NCBI GenBank assembly: GCA_964548195.1
Contig: CAZJQC010000008.1
Location: 131-64,130, forward strand
Length of the DNA stretch: 64,000 bases
Origin: an uncultured bacterium
Lineage (GTDB): Bacteria; Macinerneyibacteriota; Macinerneyibacteria; Macinerneyibacteriales; DSCS01
Direction of reading: 5' to 3'
Shown here piece after piece: positions 1-9,400 of the stretch; within the stretch, counting starts at the first letter, position 1, and each line of letters opens with the position of its first letter. The position numbers and the translations under genes were made by a program. The notes under the pieces are model-generated. The model ran no database searches and was not told where the DNA came from. It was given only the letters and a program-made list of their open reading frames with translations.

Positions 1-525
1 TCCGGCTGAGGCAGTCCATCCGAACCCGGGGTATGCATGGGCCTCCAAAAGGCCGCACTCCCTGTCGACCTCTCCGGCCCAGGAGTCCGCCCCGTCCTCG
101 GCGGAATACAGTGCCCGCAATCCGCCGCGGTATCCGTTGAACAGCGACAGAGAAAAGCGAAGCAGTCTTTCACCGGCTGCCGCGGAAGCGGAAAGCCCGC
201 TTTCCGGCACGGCCGCGACAAGCTCCGCGCCGCCTTTGACAAAGCCGATCTCCATAAAAGGCCTTGAGTTCACAAAACATACTGGCGATCCGTCACTGCC
301 GCATGCCACCGCGGCGTATTTTACGCCGAGTCTTCTTTCTATCTCATGTCCGATGCTTTGCGCGCCGCGGCCGTTGCGCGTCTCTGATATCAGCCGGCTC
401 AGATCGCGTTTGAAACCCGAATCCCCGGCCTCTTTTCCGTTGATGAATATATTATCCCGCTGTCCGCACGGCGTCTCGGCCGGCGACAGCAGGATGATCA
501 ATAACAGCAGCCATGCAGCGCGCAT
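1..525 (-). CDS. Partial CDS (3' end lies beyond window start) for a secreted or exported hypothetical protein. The N-terminus is MRAAWLLLLIILLSPAETPCGQ.
   Basis: I translated the minus strand by hand from an ATG at 525..523 and the frame stays open to position 1. The N-terminus has a hydrophobic signal-peptide-like stretch. The start overlaps the upstream GNAT stop as TAATG, so the two are translationally coupled. This ORF is absent from the ORF track because it has no in-window stop. The plus-strand ORFs 37..267 and 137..544 here are low-complexity wrong-frame reads. Confidence 0.45.
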   Translation of the reverse strand, partial: MRAAWLLLLIILLSPAETPCGQRDNIFINGKEAGDSGFKRDLSRLISETRNGRGAQSIGHEIERRLGVKYAAVACGSDGSPVCFVNSRPFMEIGFVKGGAELVAAVPESGLSASAAAGERLLRFSLSLFNGYRGGLRALYSAEDGADSWAGEVDRECGLLEAHAYPGFGWTASAG

Positions 526-1451
526 TATTTCAGGATCCGTGTAAAGACCGGGACCTCCGCCATAAGTTCAAAGCCCATGTTTTCTATAAGCTTTCGTACC
601 TTCAGATTTTCATGCGACACCATGGTGTTTATGAGTGTAAACTCCCCTTTTTCCTTTACGCGGGAAGCGAACATATTGAGCATTGAATAGCCATACCCTT
701 TTCCCCAGCTTCTCGGGGCCAATAAAAACTGATGCAGTTCGACTGTGTCTCCGTTGCTGAGAGAGAGTATCAGGCCGATAAGGTCCTCGTTGAGGTACAC
801 CTCGTAGGAATAATCGGAGAGATACCTGCCGTAAATGCCGTTCATGGTATTCTGAAGCTGCTGTATGAAGTCGTCCCTTTCAAACCCCACCGGATACACC
901 TCGAGCTCCATGCTCCCTGCAAAGGAAAAATAGGTGATCTCCGAAAGCATCTCCAGGTTCTCATATTCCAGATGCCTGAACTCTATGACGCTTTCACAGT
1001 CGGGATTTATTTTATATTCGTCAAGGTTAAGGATGTAGTGGTCTCTCAGCTTTTCCTCAAAATCGAACTGCGACATAAGGGTGCGTCTTTGTTTGGGCCC
1101 GAAGTTAAATATTTCCGTCAGGAACACGATCTTCGGCAGGTTCTGTTTTATTTTTTCCAGCATATGCTGAAAGATGGTCTTGAAGGCCTTTATCTGTGAA
1201 TAGGGCTCCTTCATATGGAAGAAATGGACGACCCCCACGCTCAGGTCGACGTGGAAGATGATGAGCCCCACGAGTTCATCCCCGTCCATAAGCACATATC
1301 CGTCCTTTTTGGAATCACTTATGTCATAAAAAATGTTATTTATCTGATTCCGGATGGAATATTTATACTTACTGTAAAAGATCTTACAATAATCCGATAT
1401 AATATCATCAAAACTGCCGTCATATTTCATGAGCTTTCTTAATTTAAGCAA
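525..1451 (-). CDS. GNAT-family N-acetyltransferase (308 aa, apparently two acyl-CoA N-acyltransferase-like halves)
   Basis: The C-terminal half carries a Q/RxxGxG/A-type acetyl-CoA motif (QFLLAPRSWGKGYGYSMLNMF). The N-terminal half has a similar fold signature (GLIIFHVDLSVGVVHFFHM). AT content is visibly higher than in neighbouring genes. Confidence 0.7.
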   Translation of the reverse strand: MLKLRKLMKYDGSFDDIISDYCKIFYSKYKYSIRNQINNIFYDISDSKKDGYVLMDGDELVGLIIFHVDLSVGVVHFFHMKEPYSQIKAFKTIFQHMLEKIKQNLPKIVFLTEIFNFGPKQRRTLMSQFDFEEKLRDHYILNLDEYKINPDCESVIEFRHLEYENLEMLSEITYFSFAGSMELEVYPVGFERDDFIQQLQNTMNGIYGRYLSDYSYEVYLNEDLIGLILSLSNGDTVELHQFLLAPRSWGKGYGYSMLNMFASRVKEKGEFTLINTMVSHENLKVRKLIENMGFELMAEVPVFTRILK

Positions 1452-1479
1452 GTCCTTCCCCCTTCAGAGTATTTTTCCG

Positions 1480-1507
1480 TTGACAAGCATTTTTTTATGT
1501 GTTAAAT
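1480..1507 (+). promoter_or_regulatory. Sigma70-like promoter for tRNA-Leu: TTGACA (1480-1485), 16-nt spacer, TTAAAT (1502-1507), ending about 10 nt before the tRNA 5' end
   Basis: Exact -35 hexamer, acceptable -10 and correct spacing immediately upstream of the tRNA gene. Confidence 0.4.
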
Positions 1508-1517
1508 ATTTCTTCAT

Positions 1518-1602
1518 GCCGGGGTGGCGGAATAGGTAGACGCGCATGGTTGAGGGCCATGTGGGAGTTTTTCCTGTACGAGTTCAAGTCTCGTCCTCGG
1601 CA
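1518..1602 (+). tRNA. tRNA-Leu (anticodon GAG), type II with long variable arm, 85 nt, no encoded CCA
   Basis: I folded it by hand. The acceptor stem is GCCGGGG paired with CCTCGGC, containing one G-U pair. The D-arm is GCG/CGC. The anticodon stem CATGG/CCATG carries the loop TTGAGGG. The T-arm is ACGAG-TTCAAGT-CTCGT and the discriminator is A. The sequence is close to canonical bacterial tRNA-Leu. Confidence 0.85.
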
Positions 1603-1781
1603 TTGATTTTCATTCCGTTTTCCGACGGGATTCTAACACAATGAGCCGAAAATTTCAAGTCTTTTGTTACGCATGACCGCCCTTTCCTCTATTCCTTCTA
1701 TTTTTACTGGAAATCATTATTTTTTATGTTATAATTTAGTCGACCATTCAGCGGCACCCGCGCGAATGGCTGCAAGGGGGA

Positions 1782-2300
1782 ATGATGGATCCTAAAATTA
1801 TCGAGGAGATAAAGAGAAGAAACAAGCTGAAGATGCAGCAATGGGAAGACCGTTTGAAGATCGGCAAGCTCGGCAAAGGAGCGACGGCCGGTGACGCCGC
1901 GGCCTCTTCCGCAGCGCCTTCCACTTCTCGAAACGAGTCACATTTCAACATGCTTGAGGACGACGTGAGCACGCCCGCGGTCGAGGCACAGGCTCCCGTT
2001 TATTCAAAGCCTTCAGCGCCCCGTCCCGCAGCCGCCTCAAGCGATGAGTCCGTGCCCGACAGATTTGACATAGGCCCTTCGGACCCGTCAAAGATGGAGA
2101 TGCCGGCCCCTGCCAGAGAAGCCGCGCCCGCGCCCCAACAGGCCGCCGCCGCGCAGCCTCTGCCTCCCAATGTCAAGCAGCTGCATATTGATATAATAGA
2201 CGGCAAGATCAAACTGTCGAGAAGGAACATGTCTCTGGAACAGGCGATGTCCACGCTGGCAAAGGTATATAACAATTACAAGAAGAAAATGAAAAAGTGA
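1782..2300 (+). CDS. Hypothetical protein of 172 aa with a low-complexity Ala/Pro/Ser-rich centre and charged termini
   Basis: A G-rich RBS (AAGGGGGAA) lies upstream of ATGATG. An extended -10 (TGtTATAAT) sits about 45 nt upstream. The stop overlaps the GTG start of the next gene as GTGA, so the two are coupled. Confidence 0.55.
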   Translation: MMDPKIIEEIKRRNKLKMQQWEDRLKIGKLGKGATAGDAAASSAAPSTSRNESHFNMLEDDVSTPAVEAQAPVYSKPSAPRPAAASSDESVPDRFDIGPSDPSKMEMPAPAREAAPAPQQAAAAQPLPPNVKQLHIDIIDGKIKLSRRNMSLEQAMSTLAKVYNNYKKKMKK

Positions 2301-4135
2301 AGACAGGGAAGACATTCTTTTTTTTCGCAATCCCGATACTGATTTTTCTCATACTGTTTTTATTCAGCCATCTTAATGAGTACAAGACTTTAAAGCGGAC
2401 TGAGCTGTCACGGCAGCCTTCGGCCGACCTGATAAAGCGTCATTCTCTTTCCGTATCACCCCTTCTGCGTCTTGCCGCTGTAAAAGCGGCATACAGGGCT
2501 GGAAGCGGCCCGGATCTTGCCGGCATGATCAGATCCGTATATCAGAACGAAAGCGACACGGCCGTAAAGCGTGAAGCCGCCTTCGGCATGCGATATTTCC
2601 CCTCTCTGCACGAGTGGCTGTTTGAGGCAGCTTCAAACGAGGATGACATCGAATTGAAGGCCATACTGCTTGATTCATTCGGTTTTGCCCTTACGCCCGG
2701 CGAAGTTCAGTCCATGATGGGTCTTCTCGGCATTTCGCCGGAGTCTGACAAGGCCGTATTCATCGCCCTGGGCAATATATCCGGACAGGACGGCCCGTCA
2801 GGATGGGAGCGCAGAGCCTCCAAAAAGCTGAACTCGCTGGTTGACACATATTCCGGCACATATTTCATGTACGCGCTGTCGCAATACGGTTTTTCCGCTG
2901 AAAGCGAAAAGGCCCTCCTTTCCCGCTATGCGGACCTGGGGGAATGGGAGCGTTATTATCTGATCAAAAAATCTGTTTCCACGGCCGTTTTACGCGCGCT
3001 TTTCGAGCGTTTTCCGGATATGACCGCGCAGCAGAAAACCGCTTATACGGAACGAGCCGCATCATATCCGAGACTCAGAAAGGCGCTTTATGCGCTTAAC
3101 GAGGGCAACGGAAACCTGACGGCCCTTTTGCTGGCCCACGAGACGGACAAGCCGTTTATCGCCCGACTGGTTGCGGCATCCGAGTCGCAGACAGTCAAGG
3201 AAAGCGGGACAAGGCGGCTTTTGACGCTCGGGGACGCCGCTTTCATGCGGGCCAACGCGGAGGACATCCACGTAAAGAGGCATATCGGCCTCGCTCCGGA
3301 GAAAGCCGTGAGATCTGTGTTCGGAAACGACGGGCTTATGGGCCTCACGGATGACGATGATTACATCGTGCGCAGAAACGCATATTCTCTTCTTGCGGAA
3401 CACATGCCGGAGACTGTGCCGGCCTTGTTTGAAAAAGCGGCCGGGGACATTGATTTTACGGTTCGTCTGACCGGATACGAGCTTCTTTACGCTCATGACA
3501 GGGATATGTTCAAAGAGCAGGCATTGCTCAGGTATGCGGCGGAGACATCTCCGGACATACGCGAGTTCCTTATAGGCATGCTGTCGGAAGCCGGCTTTGA
3601 GCGATCCGCGGATACGCTTCTGGCGGGTGAAAGCGACCCTTATGTGGTCAACGCATATAAAAAAGGAGCTATTCCCGTCAGGTTCCTGAAATATAACAAT
3701 GACGATTTCAAAATAAAGGTCGTGACATCAAGAGGCGACATCGTGATGGAATGTTACGGCAGTGAAGCTCCCCATAATGTTGAGAACATCATAAGGCTTG
3801 TCAGAAAAGGTTTTTACAAAGGCGTGCTGTTTCACCGTGTCGCCCTGAACCATGTGATACAGGCAGGCGACCCGCACGGAGACGGATGGGGAGGAAGCCG
3901 TCCGCCGGCAATGGCTGAATATTCGCGTCTTACATACGATGAAGCGGGGACGGTGGGGATAGCCGACAGGGGAAAAGACACGGGAAGTTCTCAGTTTTTC
4001 ATAACGCTTACGCCCCGTTTCCATCTGAACGGCCGATATACGGTGATAGCCCGTGTCACGGAAGGCATGGACACTGTTGAATCAATAGAGCCCGGAGACG
4101 AGATACTGAGCGTATCCGTGGTCCGGGCCCGGTGA
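2297..4135 (+). CDS. Membrane-anchored protein of 612 aa with an N-terminal TM helix, HEAT/PBS-lyase-like repeats and a C-terminal cyclophilin-type peptidyl-prolyl cis-trans isomerase domain
   Basis: The N-terminus FFFAIPILIFLILFLF is a hydrophobic helix. The middle has repeated alpha-helical pairs. The C-terminus has the cyclophilin signatures GFYKGVLFHRVALNHVIQAGDP and GTVGIADRGKDTGSSQFFITL, which align to E. coli PpiB. Confidence 0.8.
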   Translation: MKTGKTFFFFAIPILIFLILFLFSHLNEYKTLKRTELSRQPSADLIKRHSLSVSPLLRLAAVKAAYRAGSGPDLAGMIRSVYQNESDTAVKREAAFGMRYFPSLHEWLFEAASNEDDIELKAILLDSFGFALTPGEVQSMMGLLGISPESDKAVFIALGNISGQDGPSGWERRASKKLNSLVDTYSGTYFMYALSQYGFSAESEKALLSRYADLGEWERYYLIKKSVSTAVLRALFERFPDMTAQQKTAYTERAASYPRLRKALYALNEGNGNLTALLLAHETDKPFIARLVAASESQTVKESGTRRLLTLGDAAFMRANAEDIHVKRHIGLAPEKAVRSVFGNDGLMGLTDDDDYIVRRNAYSLLAEHMPETVPALFEKAAGDIDFTVRLTGYELLYAHDRDMFKEQALLRYAAETSPDIREFLIGMLSEAGFERSADTLLAGESDPYVVNAYKKGAIPVRFLKYNNDDFKIKVVTSRGDIVMECYGSEAPHNVENIIRLVRKGFYKGVLFHRVALNHVIQAGDPHGDGWGGSRPPAMAEYSRLTYDEAGTVGIADRGKDTGSSQFFITLTPRFHLNGRYTVIARVTEGMDTVESIEPGDEILSVSVVRAR

Positions 4136-4145
4136 TCTGCCTCTT

Positions 4146-6248
4146 TTACAGTCCGAGTCTGTCGAGCACAAACGCGTATTCAAACGCTATTTCATGAAGC
4201 CATCCGTAACGTCCCGAAGCCCCCATATGTCCGGCGCCTGTGTTTATCCTGAGTATGATCAGGTTGTCGCCGGCCGATGTCCTGTCTCTCAGTTTGGCGG
4301 TCCATTTCAGCGGTTCCCAATATTGCACTCTGGGGTCATTAAGCCCTCCGGTTATGAGCATGTTCGGATACCGGACTCGCGCTATATTGTCATAAGGCGA
4401 ATATGAAAGCATGTATTCGAAATATTTTTTGACCGCCGGGTTGCCCCATTCCTCATATTCGGCGACGGTAAGGGGTATTGTGGGGTCCATCATGGTGTTT
4501 ATAACATCGACAAAGGGCACTGATGCCACCACCACTTTAAAGAGGTCGGGGCGCATGTTCGTGACGGCTCCCATGAGCAGTCCTCCCGCGCTTCCGCCCG
4601 AGGCCGCCAGCAGATCGGGGGATGTCCAGCCTTCGGCCACGAGATATTCCGCGCATGCGATAAAGTCCGTAAAGGAATTTTTCTTTTTCAGCAGTTTACC
4701 CTCTTCATACCAGGCTTTACCCATTTCTCCGCCCCCTCTGACATGGGCTATGGCGAAGGTGACGCCTCTGTCGAGAAGCGATAGCCTGGAGGACGAGAAA
4801 TACGGGTCCATGCTGTCGCCGTAGGCTCCGTATCCGTAAAGATAAAGCGGCGTGGGAACGCCCGCGCGGCGCACGGCAGAGCAATAGACCAGTGTCAGCG
4901 GTATATCGGTGCCGTCCTGAGCTTTCGCGTATAGACGTCTGGTCTCGTATTTTCTTTTATCGTAGCCTCTGACTTTCCTTTTTTTAAGTTCCTTAAACGC
5001 GCCTGTATCCATATTGTAATCAAAGACCACGGGCGGCGTGATCATGGACTCATATGTAAAGCGCAGCGTATCCGTGTCATAGACCGCGTTTTTACCCGTA
5101 TAATAGTCGCAGACGTCCTCCGGAAATTCGACATAGCGGCCGTTTTTACCCTCATGGTCCGTGATGAGTATTTTCTTGAATCCGCCCTCTCTGATATATA
5201 TGGCCAGATGGCCGCTGAAGATGTCATAATCCATTATGGTCCTGTTTTTATCATGAGCCATCAGCGTCTTCCAGGCGGATCTGTCTCTGAATGCCGTATC
5301 GGACGCCGTCATGATCTTAAAGTTCAGTGCGTCTTCATTGGTGAATATATAGAAGCGGCCCCTGTCGTGCGAAAGATAATACTCGACGCCGCTTTTGCGG
5401 CCGGCAAACAGCGTGAAGTCTCCGGCCGTATCGCCGGCCGGCATGAAGCGCATCTCCGAAGTGGTCTTGCTGCCCAATCCGAGAAACACGTATTCATCGT
5501 CCTTTGAGCGTGACAGCCACATCCAGTATTTGCCGTCGTTTTCGGTGTAAAGCTCCGTGTCGGCGTTTTCACCCAGGACGTTCCTGATGACTTTATAGGG
5601 CCTGCTGGTCTTGTCGCGTACCGTATAAAGATAGGTCCTGTTGTCGTTAAGCCATTCGAAATCATCTATTACTATGTCCCGCTCCTCTATCATGGCCGAA
5701 TCCGATATGCGTTTGACGGCAAGGCGGTAGTTTTCCGAGCCGTCTATGTCGTATGTGTACGCAAGCAGCTGTTCGTCCGGGCTGACCTTCATCATGCCCA
5801 CGTCAAAATAATCATGCCCTTCGGCGAGTTTATTCAGGTCAAGTATCACCTCTTCGCGTCCGCCGTCGACATCAGGCCTGCGGTAATAGACGGAATACTC
5901 GGCCCCTTTTTTCTGTTTTGAATAATAGAGGTATGAGCCGTCCTTTTCGGGTACGGATGTGTCGTTCTCTTTAATCCTGCGCACCATCTCTCCGTACAGT
6001 TTTGCCTCAAGTCTCTTAAGATGTCCTGTCACGGAGGCCGTATAATCGTTTTCCGCCTCTATATACTGCATCACCTCGGGTGATTTTCTGTTTCGCATCC
6101 AATAATAGTCATCGTTGAGCTGATGGCCGTGTATAGCGGCCGTCCGCGTCATCTTCTTTGCAACGGGCGCGCAGGTCTCGGGAAGTCTTTCCCTTCCGCA
6201 TGCGGAAAGCGCCGTCAACACAATCAACAGATATGCAAGCCTTTTCAT
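4146..6248 (-). CDS. S9-family serine peptidase (prolyl oligopeptidase / oligopeptidase B-like), predicted lipoprotein
   Basis: The length is 700 aa. The N-terminus has a lipobox signal, LTALSAC. A beta-propeller-like region follows. The catalytic domain carries the GGSAGG nucleophile elbow (GGSAGGLLMGAV). Confidence 0.85.
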   Translation of the reverse strand: MKRLAYLLIVLTALSACGRERLPETCAPVAKKMTRTAAIHGHQLNDDYYWMRNRKSPEVMQYIEAENDYTASVTGHLKRLEAKLYGEMVRRIKENDTSVPEKDGSYLYYSKQKKGAEYSVYYRRPDVDGGREEVILDLNKLAEGHDYFDVGMMKVSPDEQLLAYTYDIDGSENYRLAVKRISDSAMIEERDIVIDDFEWLNDNRTYLYTVRDKTSRPYKVIRNVLGENADTELYTENDGKYWMWLSRSKDDEYVFLGLGSKTTSEMRFMPAGDTAGDFTLFAGRKSGVEYYLSHDRGRFYIFTNEDALNFKIMTASDTAFRDRSAWKTLMAHDKNRTIMDYDIFSGHLAIYIREGGFKKILITDHEGKNGRYVEFPEDVCDYYTGKNAVYDTDTLRFTYESMITPPVVFDYNMDTGAFKELKKRKVRGYDKRKYETRRLYAKAQDGTDIPLTLVYCSAVRRAGVPTPLYLYGYGAYGDSMDPYFSSSRLSLLDRGVTFAIAHVRGGGEMGKAWYEEGKLLKKKNSFTDFIACAEYLVAEGWTSPDLLAASGGSAGGLLMGAVTNMRPDLFKVVVASVPFVDVINTMMDPTIPLTVAEYEEWGNPAVKKYFEYMLSYSPYDNIARVRYPNMLITGGLNDPRVQYWEPLKWTAKLRDRTSAGDNLIILRINTGAGHMGASGRYGWLHEIAFEYAFVLDRLGL

Positions 6249-6378
6249 AATCCCTCCGAATCGATTTACGGTGATCTTACAGGTATTCTATGTTTACAAT
6301 TCCATCCGCCCGATCCCCTATCGAAAAGGGGCATGGGGCATTAAAACCGGCATATGACTCCGTCTGCGGGGAGAACGG

Positions 6379-6897
6379 TCAAATGTTGAGGAGTCTCCCC
6401 CGTTTGCTGATTATCCAGATGAATATCATTGACAATACAAGGCCCGGCAGCATGTATGTGCCGTTATACACGGCGGAATATACAAGCGGCCTGCTTCCTT
6501 CCGGCGCGTATGACGCGAAGAAGACGACGCCGGAGAGCACGTGGCATGCAAAGCGCGCGAACACGCCCGCGAACACGCCCAGCGGCCATCTGCGGCTTAA
6601 AAAACCGGCCGTTCCCAGGGCCGCGAAAGCGGCGGGATAATCCAGTATCGCCTGTGCCGGATGTACCACATAACCGCCGAGCAGAAGCTGCAGCAGTCCC
6701 GCGACTATGCCCGCGTATATGCCTTTGGACCCGCCCCTGCGCAGCGCGTACACCAGCAGCGGTATGTTTTCAAGTGTTACCGAACCGCCCTGAGGCATTC
6801 TCCATACCTGCAGATAAGAGAGCACTATCGTCATAGAGATGACTATCGCGCCCTCGGTGAGCGACCTCAGCTGTTCTTTTTTCGCGTTGCTTTTCAT
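6379..6897 (-). CDS. thiT: ECF-transporter S component, ThiT-like (thiamine)
   Basis: The protein is small (172 aa) and polytopic. It resembles ThiT, with LRRGGSKGI and YSAVYNGTYM comparable to L. lactis ThiT. Its start overlaps the leuS stop as ATGA. Confidence 0.7.
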   Translation of the reverse strand: MKSNAKKEQLRSLTEGAIVISMTIVLSYLQVWRMPQGGSVTLENIPLLVYALRRGGSKGIYAGIVAGLLQLLLGGYVVHPAQAILDYPAAFAALGTAGFLSRRWPLGVFAGVFARFACHVLSGVVFFASYAPEGSRPLVYSAVYNGTYMLPGLVLSMIFIWIISKRGRLLNI

Positions 6898-9371
6898 TTT
6901 ATCACGACATTCACTATTCTTCCCGGCACGATGATCACCTTGACGATCTCTTTTCCCTCCGTGTATTTCGCGGCTCTGGGGTCTTCGAGGGCTGTCTGAC
7001 GCAGCGATTCCTTATCGGCGCCGGTGGCGACTTCTATGTCGTAGCGCACTTTGCCGTTAAACTGCACGGCTATGCGCACGGTGTCCGCCGTAAGCTTTTC
7101 AGTATCGTATTCGGGCCATTTACAGTCAAAGACCGAGTATGCCCCGCCGGTTATTTCCCACAACTCTTCCATCAGATGGGGCGCGAACGGAGCCAGCAGC
7201 CTTATCATGTCGAGTATTACTTTTTTCAGCAGGCGGCCGTCGCGTTTGTCATCGTTTATTTCCTGCACGTATTTATATATCTCATTGTTCAGTTCCATGA
7301 TCTTGCTGATAGCGGTGTTGAAGTGGAATTCCTCCGTGTCTTCCGTCACGCCCTTTATGGTCTGGTTCAGCTTGATCTCCAATGCGTCCTCGCGCGGCCC
7401 GCCGCTGCCGGCGGCCGCGGCTCCGTCCCTGAAAAGGGCTGCGCACCACTCATCGTCACAGACAAGGCGCCATACCCTGTCAAGAAAGCGGTCAACGGCT
7501 TTTATGGTGGAATCGTCCCAGGGGCCTCCCACGGCGAAATCAAAAGCGAACATGAGATACATCCTGAAGACATCCGTACCGTATTGGGATATATAAATAT
7601 CCGGCACCACGGTATTGCCTTTTGATTTGGACATCTTGTTCCCGTCCGGCCCCAGTATGATGCCCTGATGGCGCAGGCTGAGGAAAGGCTCTTCAAAATC
7701 CAGATAGCCCATGTCCTTGAGGGCCATAGTGAAGAAGCGCGCGTAAAGCAGATGCATCACCGAATGCTCCGCCCCGCCGACGTATTTGTCAACGGGAAGC
7801 CATTTATTTATAAGTTCGGGTGAAAAGGGCATATCCTTCAGTTTGGGATCCGGATAGCGCAGGAAGTACCATGATGAATCGACAAACGTATCCATGGTAT
7901 CCACTTCCCGCAATGCCTTGCCTCCGCATCTGGGGCAGACCGTATGCTTGAAATCGGGATGTTTTGCCAACGGGGATTCTCCGGTCGGGTCGAACACCAC
8001 GTCATACGGCAGTTCCAGCGGGAGGTCTTTTTCATCCAGCGGCACTTCTCCGCATTTGTCGCAGTAGACTATGGGTATGGGCGCTCCCCAGTAGCGTTGT
8101 CTTGATATAAGCCAGTCACGCAAGCGGAAATTGATCTTGCTTTCGCCGAACCCCTCTTTTTCAGCCCGTTTGACTATGGCTTCTTTAAAGGCATCGGAGT
8201 CCATGCCGTCGGAATCACCCGAGTTCAGCATAAATCCGCTGCCGGTATACGCTTCGGTAAGCGGCGGGTCCATTCCCTTTTCCGGGGTGATGACCCTTCT
8301 TACACGCAGTCCGAACTTCGATGCGAACTCATAGTCTCTTTCATCATGGGCGGGTACCGCCATCACAAGTCCGGTGCCGTATGTCATGAGCACATAGTCG
8401 GACACCCAGACGGGGATCTCTTCCCCGTTGGCCGGATTTATGACATACGCGCCCGTAAAGACGCCGGTTTTTTCCTTTGACACCGAAAGCCTGTCTATCT
8501 CATTCTGATGGACGGCCCATTGTCTGTACTCATCCACCTCTTTGGCGTGATCCGCTGTCACGATGCTGTCGAGCAGCGGATGTTCCGGAGCCATCACCAC
8601 GTATGTGACCCCGTACAGTGTATCGGGCCTTGTCGTGAAGACGGAGAACGGCTCTTCATGGCCCTGTATTTTAAAATCTATCTGAGCGCCCTGTGACCTT
8701 CCGATCCAGTTTACCTGGGCGTGTTTTGTCCTTGCGGGCCAGTCGAGGGCGTCAAGGTTGTCAAGCAGTCTTTGGGCATAGTCTGTGATCTTGAAAAACC
8801 ACTGAGTGAGGTTTTTTTTCTGCACGGCGCTGCCGCATCTTTCGCATTTCCCGTCGACCACCTGTTCATTAGCCAGCACGGTATTGCATGACGGGCACCA
8901 GTTTACCGGCGCGTTTTTCCTGTACGCCAGCCCTTTTTCGTACAATTTAAGGAACATCCACTGCGTCCACTTATAGTATTCCGGGTCGCATGTATGGAGT
9001 TCATGGTCCCAGTCATACATGGCTCCTATGTTTTTAAGCTGCTGTTCCATGGTGCGTATGTTTGATTCGGTGGAATCCTTGGGGTGTTTACCCGTTTTGA
9101 CGGCGTAATTCTCGGCAGGAAGCCCGAAGGCGTCGAAGCCCATGGGTTCAAATACGTTAAAACCCTGCATGCGCTTCATCCTGGCCCAGGAGTCGTTCGG
9201 GCCGTAATTATACCAATGCCCCACATGGAGAGTCGCTCCGGAGGGATAGCTGAACATCACCAGGTTATATAGTTTTCTGGCGCTGTCCGCCATATCTGTC
9301 TTATAAAGGGATGTCTCATCCCATTTTTTCTGCCATTTTTTCTCGATATCACCGAATGGAAAAACTCCCAT
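6894..9371 (-). CDS. leuS: Leucine--tRNA ligase
   Basis: The length is 825 aa. The HIGH region is present as TLHVGHWYNY. The KMSKS motif is present as KMSKSKGN. Similarity to LeuS runs through the whole protein. Confidence 0.97.
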   Translation of the reverse strand: MGVFPFGDIEKKWQKKWDETSLYKTDMADSARKLYNLVMFSYPSGATLHVGHWYNYGPNDSWARMKRMQGFNVFEPMGFDAFGLPAENYAVKTGKHPKDSTESNIRTMEQQLKNIGAMYDWDHELHTCDPEYYKWTQWMFLKLYEKGLAYRKNAPVNWCPSCNTVLANEQVVDGKCERCGSAVQKKNLTQWFFKITDYAQRLLDNLDALDWPARTKHAQVNWIGRSQGAQIDFKIQGHEEPFSVFTTRPDTLYGVTYVVMAPEHPLLDSIVTADHAKEVDEYRQWAVHQNEIDRLSVSKEKTGVFTGAYVINPANGEEIPVWVSDYVLMTYGTGLVMAVPAHDERDYEFASKFGLRVRRVITPEKGMDPPLTEAYTGSGFMLNSGDSDGMDSDAFKEAIVKRAEKEGFGESKINFRLRDWLISRQRYWGAPIPIVYCDKCGEVPLDEKDLPLELPYDVVFDPTGESPLAKHPDFKHTVCPRCGGKALREVDTMDTFVDSSWYFLRYPDPKLKDMPFSPELINKWLPVDKYVGGAEHSVMHLLYARFFTMALKDMGYLDFEEPFLSLRHQGIILGPDGNKMSKSKGNTVVPDIYISQYGTDVFRMYLMFAFDFAVGGPWDDSTIKAVDRFLDRVWRLVCDDEWCAALFRDGAAAAGSGGPREDALEIKLNQTIKGVTEDTEEFHFNTAISKIMELNNEIYKYVQEINDDKRDGRLLKKVILDMIRLLAPFAPHLMEELWEITGGAYSVFDCKWPEYDTEKLTADTVRIAVQFNGKVRYDIEVATGADKESLRQTALEDPRAAKYTEGKEIVKVIIVPGRIVNVVIK

Positions 9372-9400
9372 ATAAATCCCTCCCGTATTCTTGTTTGTGT

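Noticed and set aside
37-544. Plus-strand ORFs 37..267 and 137..544
   Set aside because: Their translations are low-complexity Ala/Pro/Ser/Arg-rich reads typical of wrong-frame GC-rich DNA. The opposite strand encodes a convincing signal-peptide protein coupled to the GNAT gene.
6290-6836. Arg-rich plus-strand ORFs inside and antisense to thiT (6290..6640, 6429..6836, 6661..6999)
   Set aside because: Their composition, R/P/A-rich, is typical of antisense frames in GC-rich genes. They overlap a conserved membrane-protein gene.
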